From an uncultured Candidatus Pelagibacter sp. (GTDB taxonomy: Bacteria; Pseudomonadota; Alphaproteobacteria; Pelagibacterales; Pelagibacteraceae), in assembly GCA_905618905.1 (NCBI GenBank), contig CAJQTH010000015.1, forward strand, positions 2,303 to 66,302: DNA of 64,000 nucleotides, in the 5' to 3' direction. The position numbers were made by a program, and so were the translations under genes. Below, piece after piece: positions 20,975-29,414 of this stretch. The stretch's first letter is position 1. Every line of letters starts with the position of its first letter. Under the pieces are notes generated by a model. The model did no database searches. It was not told the DNA's origin and saw only the letters and a list, made by a program, of their open reading frames with translations.

Positions 20975-21042
20975 TTTTTTGTTTTTAATATAAATTATGT
21001 TCTTATACTATTTAATTTTATAGTTATAATAAGCAAAACTAA

Positions 21043-21127
21043 GGGCGAGTGGCGGAACTGGTAGACGCGCACGACTCAAAATCGTGTTTCGCAAGAAGTG
21101 AGAGTTCGATTCTCTCTTCGCCCACCA
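21043..21127 (+). tRNA. tRNA-Leu(CAA)
   Basis: GGGCGAG/TTCGCCC acceptor stem, CACGA-CTCAAAA-TCGTG anticodon arm, long variable arm, GTTCGA, encoded CCA. Confidence 0.97.
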
Positions 21128-21134
21128 ATATATT

Positions 21135-22841
21135 ATGGAAATAAACAAAGTTAATAATTTATTAGAACTATTTTATAATCAATACCTAACACAAAACAAA
21201 ACAAGTGTGTTTTTACAGTCCTTGAAAAAAGTTGAAAACAAATATTCTTGGGAGGACGTGTATTCGAACATAATTAAACTTTCTGAAGAAATATCAAAAT
21301 ATATAAAAAAAGGTGATAGATGCTTGTTAATATCAGAAAATAGACCTGAATGGATGATATCAGATTTATCTATTATGCTTTCAGGAGGTATAACGGTTCC
21401 AGCTTACACAACTTATATAGAAAGAGACTACGAGTATATAATTGATGATTGTAAGCCGACTGTTTTAATCATTTCTGATAAGACACAGTATTTAAAAGTA
21501 AAAAATATTATACCTAAAAAAAAATTTATAAAAAAAATAATTTTTTTTGATATAATTGATAAGTTTGACCAAGAACTTCATGTAAGTATTAATCAAATCT
21601 TTGCGAATAAAATCTTTAGTTCTTTAAATTTTTCTGAATTAAAAATTCAAAGAAAAGATGTTGCTTGTATAATTTATACATCTGGTACCCAAGGAAATCC
21701 AAAAGGAGTTGTATTAAGCCATGGTGGAATTTTAAATAATTGTGAAGGAGCACTTGGTTTATTAAAAGAATTTATTTCAAAAAAACCTAAATTTTTGACA
21801 TGGTTGCCCCTTTCTCATTCATACGAGCATACAGTTCAATTTGTCCAAATAGTCGTGGGAGCACAGGTGTTCTATGCTGAGAGTATAGAAAAACTTATAA
21901 AAAATATGGGTAATTGCTCTCCAGAGATAATGACGGCTGTTCCTAGATTTTATCAAAATTTACATCAAAAAATAAGTACTAATTTTAGTAAAGCTACAGG
22001 AACAAAAAAATTCTTAATCAATCAAACTATCAAACTTGGAAATAAGAAATTAAATAGAGGACAATTTTCATTCATAGAAAGTTTAATAAATTTTGTTTGT
22101 GATTTTTTGGTAAGAAAGAAAATCAAAGAACAATTTGGTGGAAATTTAAAGGCATTTATTTCAGGAGGTGGAGCGCTAGATAAAGAAGTAGGGTATTTTT
22201 TAAATGCAATTGGTCTTCCAACTCTACAGGGGTATGGATTAACTGAAACATCTCCTGTGGTAAGCTGTAATTCTATTAATGAAATTAGAGTAGAAACTGT
22301 GGGTATACCTTTTAGGGGAAATTTAGTTAAAATTGCAAATGATGGAGAGATTCTGGTTAAAGGAGAAAATGTCATGCTGGGCTACTGGAATAACGAACAA
22401 GAAACAAATAAAGTTTTAAAAGATGGATGGTTATCTACAGGTGATATAGGAGAGTTTGATGGTGAGTTTTTAAAAATAACAGATAGAAAAAAAGATATAA
22501 TCATAACTCCAGGTGGTGATAATATTTCTCCAACAAAAATAGAGAGTGATTTAAACAAATCTAGTTTCATAGAGCAAAGTTTAGTTTATGGTGATAATAA
22601 ACCCTACCTCGTCTGTTTAATTGCTTTAAGTTCTGAATATAAAAATATAAAGAATGAAGAAATCCAAAAAGAAATAGAAAAAATAAATAAGAATTTAAGT
22701 AAAATAGAAAAAATAAAAAAATTTATTTTAATTAAAGATCAATTTACAATTGAAAATAACATGATGACCCCTACTTTAAAATTAAAAAGATATAAAATTA
22801 TAAAAACTTATCAAAATGAGTTAGAAAAACTTTTTAATTAA
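21135..22841 (+). CDS. fadD: Long-chain fatty acid-CoA ligase
   Basis: IIYTSGTQGNPKG, QGYGLTE, TGDIG, ITDRKKD, TPTLKLKR. Confidence 0.88.
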   Translation: MEINKVNNLLELFYNQYLTQNKTSVFLQSLKKVENKYSWEDVYSNIIKLSEEISKYIKKGDRCLLISENRPEWMISDLSIMLSGGITVPAYTTYIERDYEYIIDDCKPTVLIISDKTQYLKVKNIIPKKKFIKKIIFFDIIDKFDQELHVSINQIFANKIFSSLNFSELKIQRKDVACIIYTSGTQGNPKGVVLSHGGILNNCEGALGLLKEFISKKPKFLTWLPLSHSYEHTVQFVQIVVGAQVFYAESIEKLIKNMGNCSPEIMTAVPRFYQNLHQKISTNFSKATGTKKFLINQTIKLGNKKLNRGQFSFIESLINFVCDFLVRKKIKEQFGGNLKAFISGGGALDKEVGYFLNAIGLPTLQGYGLTETSPVVSCNSINEIRVETVGIPFRGNLVKIANDGEILVKGENVMLGYWNNEQETNKVLKDGWLSTGDIGEFDGEFLKITDRKKDIIITPGGDNISPTKIESDLNKSSFIEQSLVYGDNKPYLVCLIALSSEYKNIKNEEIQKEIEKINKNLSKIEKIKKFILIKDQFTIENNMMTPTLKLKRYKIIKTYQNELEKLFN

Positions 22842-22955
22842 CCTTTATAAAAGACATTATTAGTCGCATAAACGCTAATGTTTTTTACATAATAAAAAGA
22901 TTAAAAATATTTTTTATTAAAATATAAATTTATAATTTAAGAATTAATTAAAGAA

Positions 22956-22984
22956 TTGACATCACTTGTATAAAAAAATAAAAA
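22956..22984 (+). promoter_or_regulatory. Putative sigma70 promoter of the basic-peptide gene
   Basis: Perfect TTGACA (22956-22961), 17 bp, TAAAAA; very AT-rich upstream (UP-like). Confidence 0.6.
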
Positions 22985-22985
22985 T

Positions 22986-23020
22986 AAGTTAACAACGAAT
23001 CACTTTGATTCGTTTAACTT
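22986..23020. promoter_or_regulatory. Inverted repeat / 5' leader hairpin with two GANTC sites
   Basis: AACGAATCA-CTT-TGATTCGTT perfect core (22994-23014), extendable by AAGTTA/TAACTT with a 2-nt bulge. Confidence 0.65.
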
Positions 23021-23036
23021 AAACAGGGAGCTAAAG

Positions 23037-23126
23037 ATGGCTACAAGAAAAAAAGCTAAAAAAGCTAAAAAGAAAACTAAGAAAAAAGCTAAAAAAGCTA
23101 AAAAAGCGAAGAAAAGAAAAAGATAG
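23037..23126 (+). CDS. 29-aa Lys/Ala-rich basic peptide (histone H1 tail/protamine-like), not in ORF track
   Basis: MATRKKAKKAKKKTKKKAKKAKKAKKRKR*; GGGAG RBS 6 nt upstream; own promoter and terminator. Confidence 0.75.
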   Translation: MATRKKAKKAKKKTKKKAKKAKKAKKRKR

Positions 23127-23141
23127 TATCTTAGACTTTTC

Positions 23142-23185
23142 AAAAAACGCTTCTCATAACGTTATGTGTGAGAGGCGTTTTTTTT
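23142..23185. terminator. Bidirectional intrinsic terminator between the basic peptide and carD
   Basis: AAAAAACGCTTCTCA...TGAGAGGCGTTTTTTTT hairpin with A- and T-tracts. Confidence 0.88.
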
Positions 23186-23196
23186 TACCCTAATTT

Positions 23197-24093
23197 TTAA
23201 TCTTCAGTTTCGGTAATTGGATCTGAGTTAGTATCAGGTTCTGCAACAGATTCTTTAATCTTCGTCGGTGCAGCTATAGCTTTTGCTTGGCTTTCTAAGT
23301 TTCTCTTTAATGCTTTATCTAATTTTTTTTGGGTATCTTCTAGTGATACACCTATTACTATTTGAAATTCTGATAAAATTCTTTCATACGCTTTTTCAAA
23401 CAATTGTCTCTCACTGTATGATTGATCAACCATTAAGTCGTCACCTTTATTTAAATCTCTAACAACTTCCGCAAGTTCATAGATTTTACCTGAAGAAATC
23501 TTTGCTTCATATTCCTGTGCTCTTCTACTCCACATGGACCTTTTAATTTTTGGCTTACTTTTTAATATAGATATACATTTATTGACCTGATTTATTGTTG
23601 CGAGAGGTCTGAGATGAGATTGTTTATTTACAGGAACCATACCATTGGCTTTGTCTTTTTCAAATTTAAGAACATAAGTCTCAACATCAATTCCACCAAT
23701 ATTAATTTTTTTAAACTCTGTAATTTGACCAACACCATGTTTTGGGTAAACAACATAATCTTTAACTTTATATTCTCTTTTTTCTGTTTCTTGTTTTTTA
23801 ACCTTTTTGATCTCAGGCTTGACTTCATTACTTTTTGAAATTCTTAAATTATCAGTTTTTACATCTACTTTTGCTGGAGCAGATTTTTTTGAAACTGTTT
23901 TTAAATTTTTTTTAATTTTAGTTACAGCTACTTTTGTTGCTTTAGTTTTTTTAACAACTTTAGCTTTAGGAGCTGTAGACTTTTTAACTACCTTTACTTT
24001 AGTTTTTTTTTTTATTTTTTTCTCAGGAGTTTTTTTAAAGATTTTCGCTAAAATATTTGTCGTACTTGTTTTCTTCATTTTTATACTTTTCAT
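23197..24093 (-). CDS. carD: CarD/CdnL-family transcription factor with Lys-rich N-terminal extension
   Basis: [37 protein letters not shown]; downstream of fdxA; start at 24093 or 24078. Confidence 0.9.
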   Translation of the reverse strand: MKSIKMKKTSTTNILAKIFKKTPEKKIKKKTKVKVVKKSTAPKAKVVKKTKATKVAVTKIKKNLKTVSKKSAPAKVDVKTDNLRISKSNEVKPEIKKVKKQETEKREYKVKDYVVYPKHGVGQITEFKKINIGGIDVETYVLKFEKDKANGMVPVNKQSHLRPLATINQVNKCISILKSKPKIKRSMWSRRAQEYEAKISSGKIYELAEVVRDLNKGDDLMVDQSYSERQLFEKAYERILSEFQIVIGVSLEDTQKKLDKALKRNLESQAKAIAAPTKIKESVAEPDTNSDPITETED

Positions 24094-24361
24094 GATCCTC
24101 AGGTGGATCTTTTTTCTCAGTTATATTTGGCCAAATTTCAGAATACTTTGTATTTATTTCAAGCCATTTTTCGCTTCCAGACTCAGTATCTGCTACTATT
24201 GCGTCTACTGGACATTCTGGCTCGCAAACGCCACAATCTATACACTCCTCTGGTTTAATTACAAGCATATTGTTGCCCTCATAAAAACAATCAACTGGAC
24301 AGACTTCAACGCAGTCCATTAATTTACATTTAATACATTTATCATTTACTAGGTATGTCAT
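24035..24361 (-). CDS. fdxA: 7Fe-type ferredoxin
   Basis: [33 protein letters not shown]. Confidence 0.95.
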   Translation of the reverse strand: MTYLVNDKCIKCKLMDCVEVCPVDCFYEGNNMLVIKPEECIDCGVCEPECPVDAIVADTESGSEKWLEINTKYSEIWPNITEKKDPPEDHEKYKNEENKYDKYFSENL

Positions 24362-24792
24362 TTAGATAATTCTTTTTTTACTTTTTCTTTTAAGTCACCC
24401 ATAGTCTTTGCATCTATATATAATAAACCAGCTAGTCTCCTCATCAAGTTTGTCTCATACATATCTGCGTTATCATCTGAATAAATAATTTTCCATAGAG
24501 ACTCAACAATTCTAATTTTATCTGATTCAGGAGCATTTTTGACCTCTCTTGTAAAACTTAGTATTTGGTTAGAATTTTCTTCAATAACTGACGCATCTGC
24601 AATTAATTTTTCTATATTTGAAATTGTTGCACCTAATTCAATCAAAGTTTTTCTGATAATCTCTTTTTCTTTATCTTCATAATTTTCGTCAATTTTTGCT
24701 ACATGAATTAATAAAGCAGCGATATTAGAATAAGATTTATCATTATTCACTGTATCCTTCTCTTTTTCTTTATTTTTAAAAAAGCTTATCAT
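24358..24792 (-). CDS. TerB family protein
   Basis: [24 protein letters not shown]...[13 protein letters not shown]. Confidence 0.8.
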   Translation of the reverse strand: MISFFKNKEKEKDTVNNDKSYSNIAALLIHVAKIDENYEDKEKEIIRKTLIELGATISNIEKLIADASVIEENSNQILSFTREVKNAPESDKIRIVESLWKIIYSDDNADMYETNLMRRLAGLLYIDAKTMGDLKEKVKKELSK

Positions 24793-27272
24793 TAATTAAA
24801 ATTAAAATTTTTTAATATTTTAAATGGATTGTTTATAGAGACTATCTTTTTAAAAGGCTTTTTAATTTGTTTTTGTGGACTGTACTTAAAATAAATATCC
24901 TTGTCTCTTTCGAGTGTTTTGTAATTCATTTTCTCAATTAATTTTTTAAAATTTTCTTTACTACATCCTAATAAATTAAGCATCTCTGGTACTAGTTTAA
25001 TTTCTTTATCCTTTTCGGGACTAGCGTTAATAATTAGTACAAACAATCTTTCTAGAATGTCAATTCTAACATAATAATTATCAAAATTTTCAAAGCCACA
25101 AAGAAGCATAAAATGTTTATCTCTTATATTTTTATCATCCAAAAAATTTAAGCCAAAAGTAGGAGGAGTTAAATTCAAGTTTTTTTGATTAAAGTTTTTC
25201 CACAGTAAGGTTCTTAAGGAAACAGCTTCGGGCTTTAGTAATCTAAATAAAAAAACATGGTATCTTCCAAATTTAACACCCAAATCTCTTAAAATTTTTC
25301 TCTCATCTTGACCAAGTTTCTTTAAGTATTCAGCTACTACTTCTCTTTTAATAACACCATTATTTTCATATAATTGGTAAGCCAATGCTTTAATGGAAGA
25401 GTTACTTTCTTTTAAATTTTTTAAGTCAATCAGGCTTTTCAATACGAACTTTATTTTTTCTTTAATCCAATTTCCAATAAATTCTGATAATTTTTGTTTG
25501 TCATCATTTTCCAGAATATCATCTACTATTAAAAATATATCAGGGTTTAAATAGTCTTTACCAGTTATTAATTTGGCAATTGGAAAATTTTTCCAATAAA
25601 TTTTAAAATCATCCCTTATTTCTATCAACCCTGTATCAATAATAGATTGAATTCTTTTTTGCAGTTCTGGGCCCACAGTTTGTCTTGCTGCTTTTTTTAA
25701 TGACTTAATATCAGTTTCAAGTGCACCAGCTTTTAAATCTATCTCAAATCTTAAACCTTTCAAATCACCAATAAACTGCTCATCAATTATTACTTTATTA
25801 TCTTCCATTATTTCAGTTTTAAATTCTATATCCTGTTTTAATCCCCTTGCAAGAACACTCGCTCTTTTATCAATAAAAGTTTTAGTAAGCTCTTCATGTA
25901 ACCTGTCAGATAATCTGTCTTCTAATAGTTTAGTTTTCTCTATCCAATAACTTTGACTTTCAACCCAATTAATTTTATTGGAAACATATGACCAAGTTCT
26001 AACATTTGCAATTCTATTTGACAAAGAATCTACATTTCCTTCTAATTTATCTAATTTCATTAGCTGTAATCTCATATAATCATTGGTAATTTTACCATCA
26101 TTGCTATTTAAAAAATTGAAAACCTTGCCAACAACTTCAATATGATTTCCGTATGTTTTTTTCACAAAGTCTGGAATTTGGCAACACTCCCAAAGTAATT
26201 CCAATGTTTCTTGGTTATTTTTAATATTGTGACCATCCATATCTTTTAAAAAATATTTTAAAACTTTTTCATCTCCACACTCGTGTATTTTCCTTAACCA
26301 ATCTTTATTGGGTTTTTCTTCAAGTGATTTGATTAAACTGTGAGCATTATTAAAATTTAAATTAGAATTTCTCCAAAATAACATTCTAATTTCCTCAAAT
26401 TTATGATTTTCAAGTAATTCTACTTCTTCAGCTGTAATATCTTTGCAGTCTCCAGTAACTCCAAAATTACCATCATTTAGATATCTACCTGCTCTTCCAG
26501 CAATTTGCCCGATCTCAGACATGTTAAGACGTCTTAATTTTTTACCATCAAATTTTTTAAGGTTTGAAAAGTATACATTTTCTAAATCCATATTAATTCC
26601 CATTCCAATTGCATCAGTTGCAACTAGGAAATCAACATCTCCTGATTTATATAATTCAACCTGAGCATTTCTTGTTTTTGGACTTAGAGAACCCATAACA
26701 ATAGCTGCTCCACCTTTTTGTCTACGTACAAGTTCGGCAATTGCATAAACTTCTTCAGTTGAAAAAGCTATTATTGCTGTTTTTCTATTTATTCTTGAAA
26801 TTTTTTTATGTCCATCATAGGTAAGTTTAGAAAGTCTTTCTCTATTTATAAATTCAGTATCTTCATTTAACTTATTAACTATATTCCTAATAGTACTCGA
26901 GCCCATAAACATTGTTAGTTTTTCTCCACGAAGATTTAACAACCTGTCTGTAAAAATATGACCTCTCTCATGATCTGCACACATTTGAATTTCATCAATA
27001 CCCACAAAATCTAAATGCTTATTGATTGGCATAGATTCTACTGTGCAAAGAAAATATTTAGCATTAGGGGGAATTATTTTTTCTTCACCTGTGATTAATG
27101 CAACTTTATCAGAACTTATTTTTTTTATAATTTTGTCATATACCTCTCGTGCAAGCAAACGTAATGGAAATCCAATCATTCCGGAATCAAATGAAAGCAT
27201 AGTTTCTATTGCGAGATAGGTTTTTCCGGTATTTGTGGGACCAAGAACAGCCGTAATTTTATTTTTAGACAT
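24792..27272 (-). CDS. SUV3/MgpS-like ATP-dependent helicase
   Basis: AVLGPTNTGKT, PLRLLARE, DEIQ, ATDAIGMG, QIAGRAGR; start ATG 27272 (GTG 27308 possible). Confidence 0.88.
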   Translation of the reverse strand: MSKNKITAVLGPTNTGKTYLAIETMLSFDSGMIGFPLRLLAREVYDKIIKKISSDKVALITGEEKIIPPNAKYFLCTVESMPINKHLDFVGIDEIQMCADHERGHIFTDRLLNLRGEKLTMFMGSSTIRNIVNKLNEDTEFINRERLSKLTYDGHKKISRINRKTAIIAFSTEEVYAIAELVRRQKGGAAIVMGSLSPKTRNAQVELYKSGDVDFLVATDAIGMGINMDLENVYFSNLKKFDGKKLRRLNMSEIGQIAGRAGRYLNDGNFGVTGDCKDITAEEVELLENHKFEEIRMLFWRNSNLNFNNAHSLIKSLEEKPNKDWLRKIHECGDEKVLKYFLKDMDGHNIKNNQETLELLWECCQIPDFVKKTYGNHIEVVGKVFNFLNSNDGKITNDYMRLQLMKLDKLEGNVDSLSNRIANVRTWSYVSNKINWVESQSYWIEKTKLLEDRLSDRLHEELTKTFIDKRASVLARGLKQDIEFKTEIMEDNKVIIDEQFIGDLKGLRFEIDLKAGALETDIKSLKKAARQTVGPELQKRIQSIIDTGLIEIRDDFKIYWKNFPIAKLITGKDYLNPDIFLIVDDILENDDKQKLSEFIGNWIKEKIKFVLKSLIDLKNLKESNSSIKALAYQLYENNGVIKREVVAEYLKKLGQDERKILRDLGVKFGRYHVFLFRLLKPEAVSLRTLLWKNFNQKNLNLTPPTFGLNFLDDKNIRDKHFMLLCGFENFDNYYVRIDILERLFVLIINASPEKDKEIKLVPEMLNLLGCSKENFKKLIEKMNYKTLERDKDIYFKYSPQKQIKKPFKKIVSINNPFKILKNFNFN

Positions 27273-27415
27273 ATCTATTGATGGTACCTTAAATTTTTGC
27301 TCCACCACATATTGCTGTCTACAAAGAACAAAAATAGGTTAAAACATGACCGAATCATCAGATAAAAGTTCTCATTTTAAAGTTTATAAATTTATTAAAT
27401 ATTAACCACCCGGAC

Positions 27416-27826
27416 CTAAGTCAGAAGATTTTTTTTTAAAATTTTCCATATACCTGAAGCAGAGGTTATGATTTTATCGTTACATTTTAGTTCACAAAAC
27501 AAAAATATTAGTGTGCTTGTTCTTTTTAAAATTCTTGTAAAACCAGTGACCTCATCTCCTACTTTAGATGCACCGATAAATTTTAAGTCTAATGAAATAG
27601 TTACACAAGGTGCATTACCTGACGCTCTGTGTGCAGCAGTTCCTGCCCCTGCATCAATTAAGGCTGACAAATAACCACCATGAGTTATTCCCGCATTATT
27701 TAAATGGTTTTCATTAATTATAGTTTTAAACTCATATTCTGTTTCAGACATAGTTCTAAATAAAACACCACCATTGTGTTTCATAAAACCAGATTTAATG
27801 CTTATTTGTTCAAATTTATTACTCAT
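27416..27826 (-). CDS. PaaI family thioesterase
   Basis: HLNNAGITHGG..ALID hot-dog motif; start trimmed to MSNKFEQ. Confidence 0.85.
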   Translation of the reverse strand: MSNKFEQISIKSGFMKHNGGVLFRTMSETEYEFKTIINENHLNNAGITHGGYLSALIDAGAGTAAHRASGNAPCVTISLDLKFIGASKVGDEVTGFTRILKRTSTLIFLFCELKCNDKIITSASGIWKILKKNLLT

Positions 27827-27946
27827 AATTTTTATAATATGAAAGTTAAAATTAATAAGATTATAAAAACAATTATAAAAAAATATATAACTGATTTTTG
27901 TAGAGATGATTTTAGTAGCCAATCTAACATTTTTATTTATCCTTTT

Positions 27947-28023
27947 TGGTGGACCGCCCAGAACTCGAATCTGGAATCTCCCGGTTCGTAGCCGAGCGCC
28001 TTATCCAATTTGGCCAGCGGTCC
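27947..28023 (-). tRNA. tRNA-Arg(ACG)
   Basis: Reverse complement GGACCGC...CTCGG-CTACGAA-CCGGG...GCGGTCC-ACCA, 77 nt. Confidence 0.96.
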
Positions 28024-28098
28024 TTAATTAAATAATTTACCCAGTATATCAAAGTTTTTAATGTAATTTAACTTATAAAATATTATGTTGTATTAGCA

Positions 28099-29286
28099 AT
28101 GACCAAAAAACGAAACGATGTAGTTATTACAGCAGCTTTAAGAACACCTATAGGTATATATAAGGGATCTCTAAAAAACCTTAGTGCTGATAAACTAGGA
28201 GCGCTAGCCATTAAAGAAGCTATTTTTAAATCAAAATTGAAACCAGATGATATTGATGAAGTGATTATGGGTCATGTTCTTACTTCTGGATTAGGACAAA
28301 ACCCAGCAAGACAAGCTTCTATTCATGCTGGAATTCCAGTTTCAAAACCAGCACATATAATTAATCAAGTATGTGGGTCTGGATTAAGATCGGTAATTTC
28401 AGGCTATCAATCTATTAAATTAGGAGAAAGTAAAATTATAGTTGCTGGTGGACAAGAAAATATGTCTAGAGCACCACATACAATTTTTTATCGAGAAAAT
28501 AAAAAATTATCTGAAAATAAATTAGTTGATACGATGGTCAATGATGGACTAACGGACTCATTTAATAACTATCACATGGGTGTTACTGCAGAAAATGTAG
28601 CAGATAAGTGCCAAATCTCTAGAGATGAACAAGATATGTTTGCATTAAATTCTCAAGAAAAAACTCAAAAAGCCATAAATGAAGATAAGTTTAAAAATGA
28701 GTTAATCAAATTAAGTATTAATAAAGATGACAAAAATTTTATTTTTGAGAAAGATGAACATCCAAGAGGTAATGTAAACTTAGAAGATTTAAAAAAATTA
28801 AAGACTATTTTTAAAGAAAATGGAACGGTTACTGCAGGTAATTCATCAGGAATAAATGATGGAGCAGCAGCAACCGTATTGATGTCTAGAGAAGAGGCTG
28901 AGCTAAGAGAAATAGAGCCATTAGCTAAAGTGGTATCCTGGGCATCCTGTGGTGTTGAGCCATCATTGATGGGGCTTGGTCCAATACCAGCTGTGAATAT
29001 GGCTTTAAAAAAAGCTAGATGGAATATTGAAGATGTTGATTTATTTGAAATCAATGAAGCATTTGCAGCACAAAGTATTGCTGTAATTAGAGACCTTAAA
29101 ATCCCTAAAGAAATTATAAATGTGAATGGTGGTGCAATTGCATTAGGACATCCGATTGGAGCCTCAGGAACTAGGATTTTAGTAACCCTTATTCACGAAA
29201 TGGTAAGACAAGGTAAAAGTAAAGGCTGTGCCACTCTTTGTATTGGTGGTGGAATGGGAATAGCCATGTGTATTGAAAGAAATTAA
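28099..29286 (+). CDS. Acetyl-CoA C-acetyltransferase (thiolase)
   Basis: NQVCGSG, GGQENMS, NEAFA, GHPIGASG, CIGGG. Confidence 0.95.
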   Translation: MTKKRNDVVITAALRTPIGIYKGSLKNLSADKLGALAIKEAIFKSKLKPDDIDEVIMGHVLTSGLGQNPARQASIHAGIPVSKPAHIINQVCGSGLRSVISGYQSIKLGESKIIVAGGQENMSRAPHTIFYRENKKLSENKLVDTMVNDGLTDSFNNYHMGVTAENVADKCQISRDEQDMFALNSQEKTQKAINEDKFKNELIKLSINKDDKNFIFEKDEHPRGNVNLEDLKKLKTIFKENGTVTAGNSSGINDGAAATVLMSREEAELREIEPLAKVVSWASCGVEPSLMGLGPIPAVNMALKKARWNIEDVDLFEINEAFAAQSIAVIRDLKIPKEIINVNGGAIALGHPIGASGTRILVTLIHEMVRQGKSKGCATLCIGGGMGIAMCIERN

Positions 29287-29414
29287 AATTTTATCTTTTA
29301 GTTATTTTAAAGTTTTTTGTTCAATAAAAATACAGGTGTGCATAAAAAAGCCTAATAGTGTGCTAAAATAATAAGAGATATACTTTTTTTTAGGTATATA
29401 AATCAATTTAAATA

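Noticed and set aside
22849-22886. Weak hairpin after fadD
   Set aside because: AT-rich imperfect stem; may be the fadD terminator but support is too weak
23049-23110. AAAAAAGCT repeats as a CRISPR array or lysine attenuator leader
   Set aside because: No spacers or cas genes; no same-strand gene downstream of the terminator to attenuate
23807-24322. 171-aa plus-strand ORF antisense to carD/fdxA
   Set aside because: Phe/Leu/Val-rich mirror of the Lys-rich carD tail; shadow ORF with no motif or RBS
27326-27340. GAAC-N7 LexA-box-like sequence upstream of the helicase
   Set aside because: Second half-site reads GGTT, not GAAC
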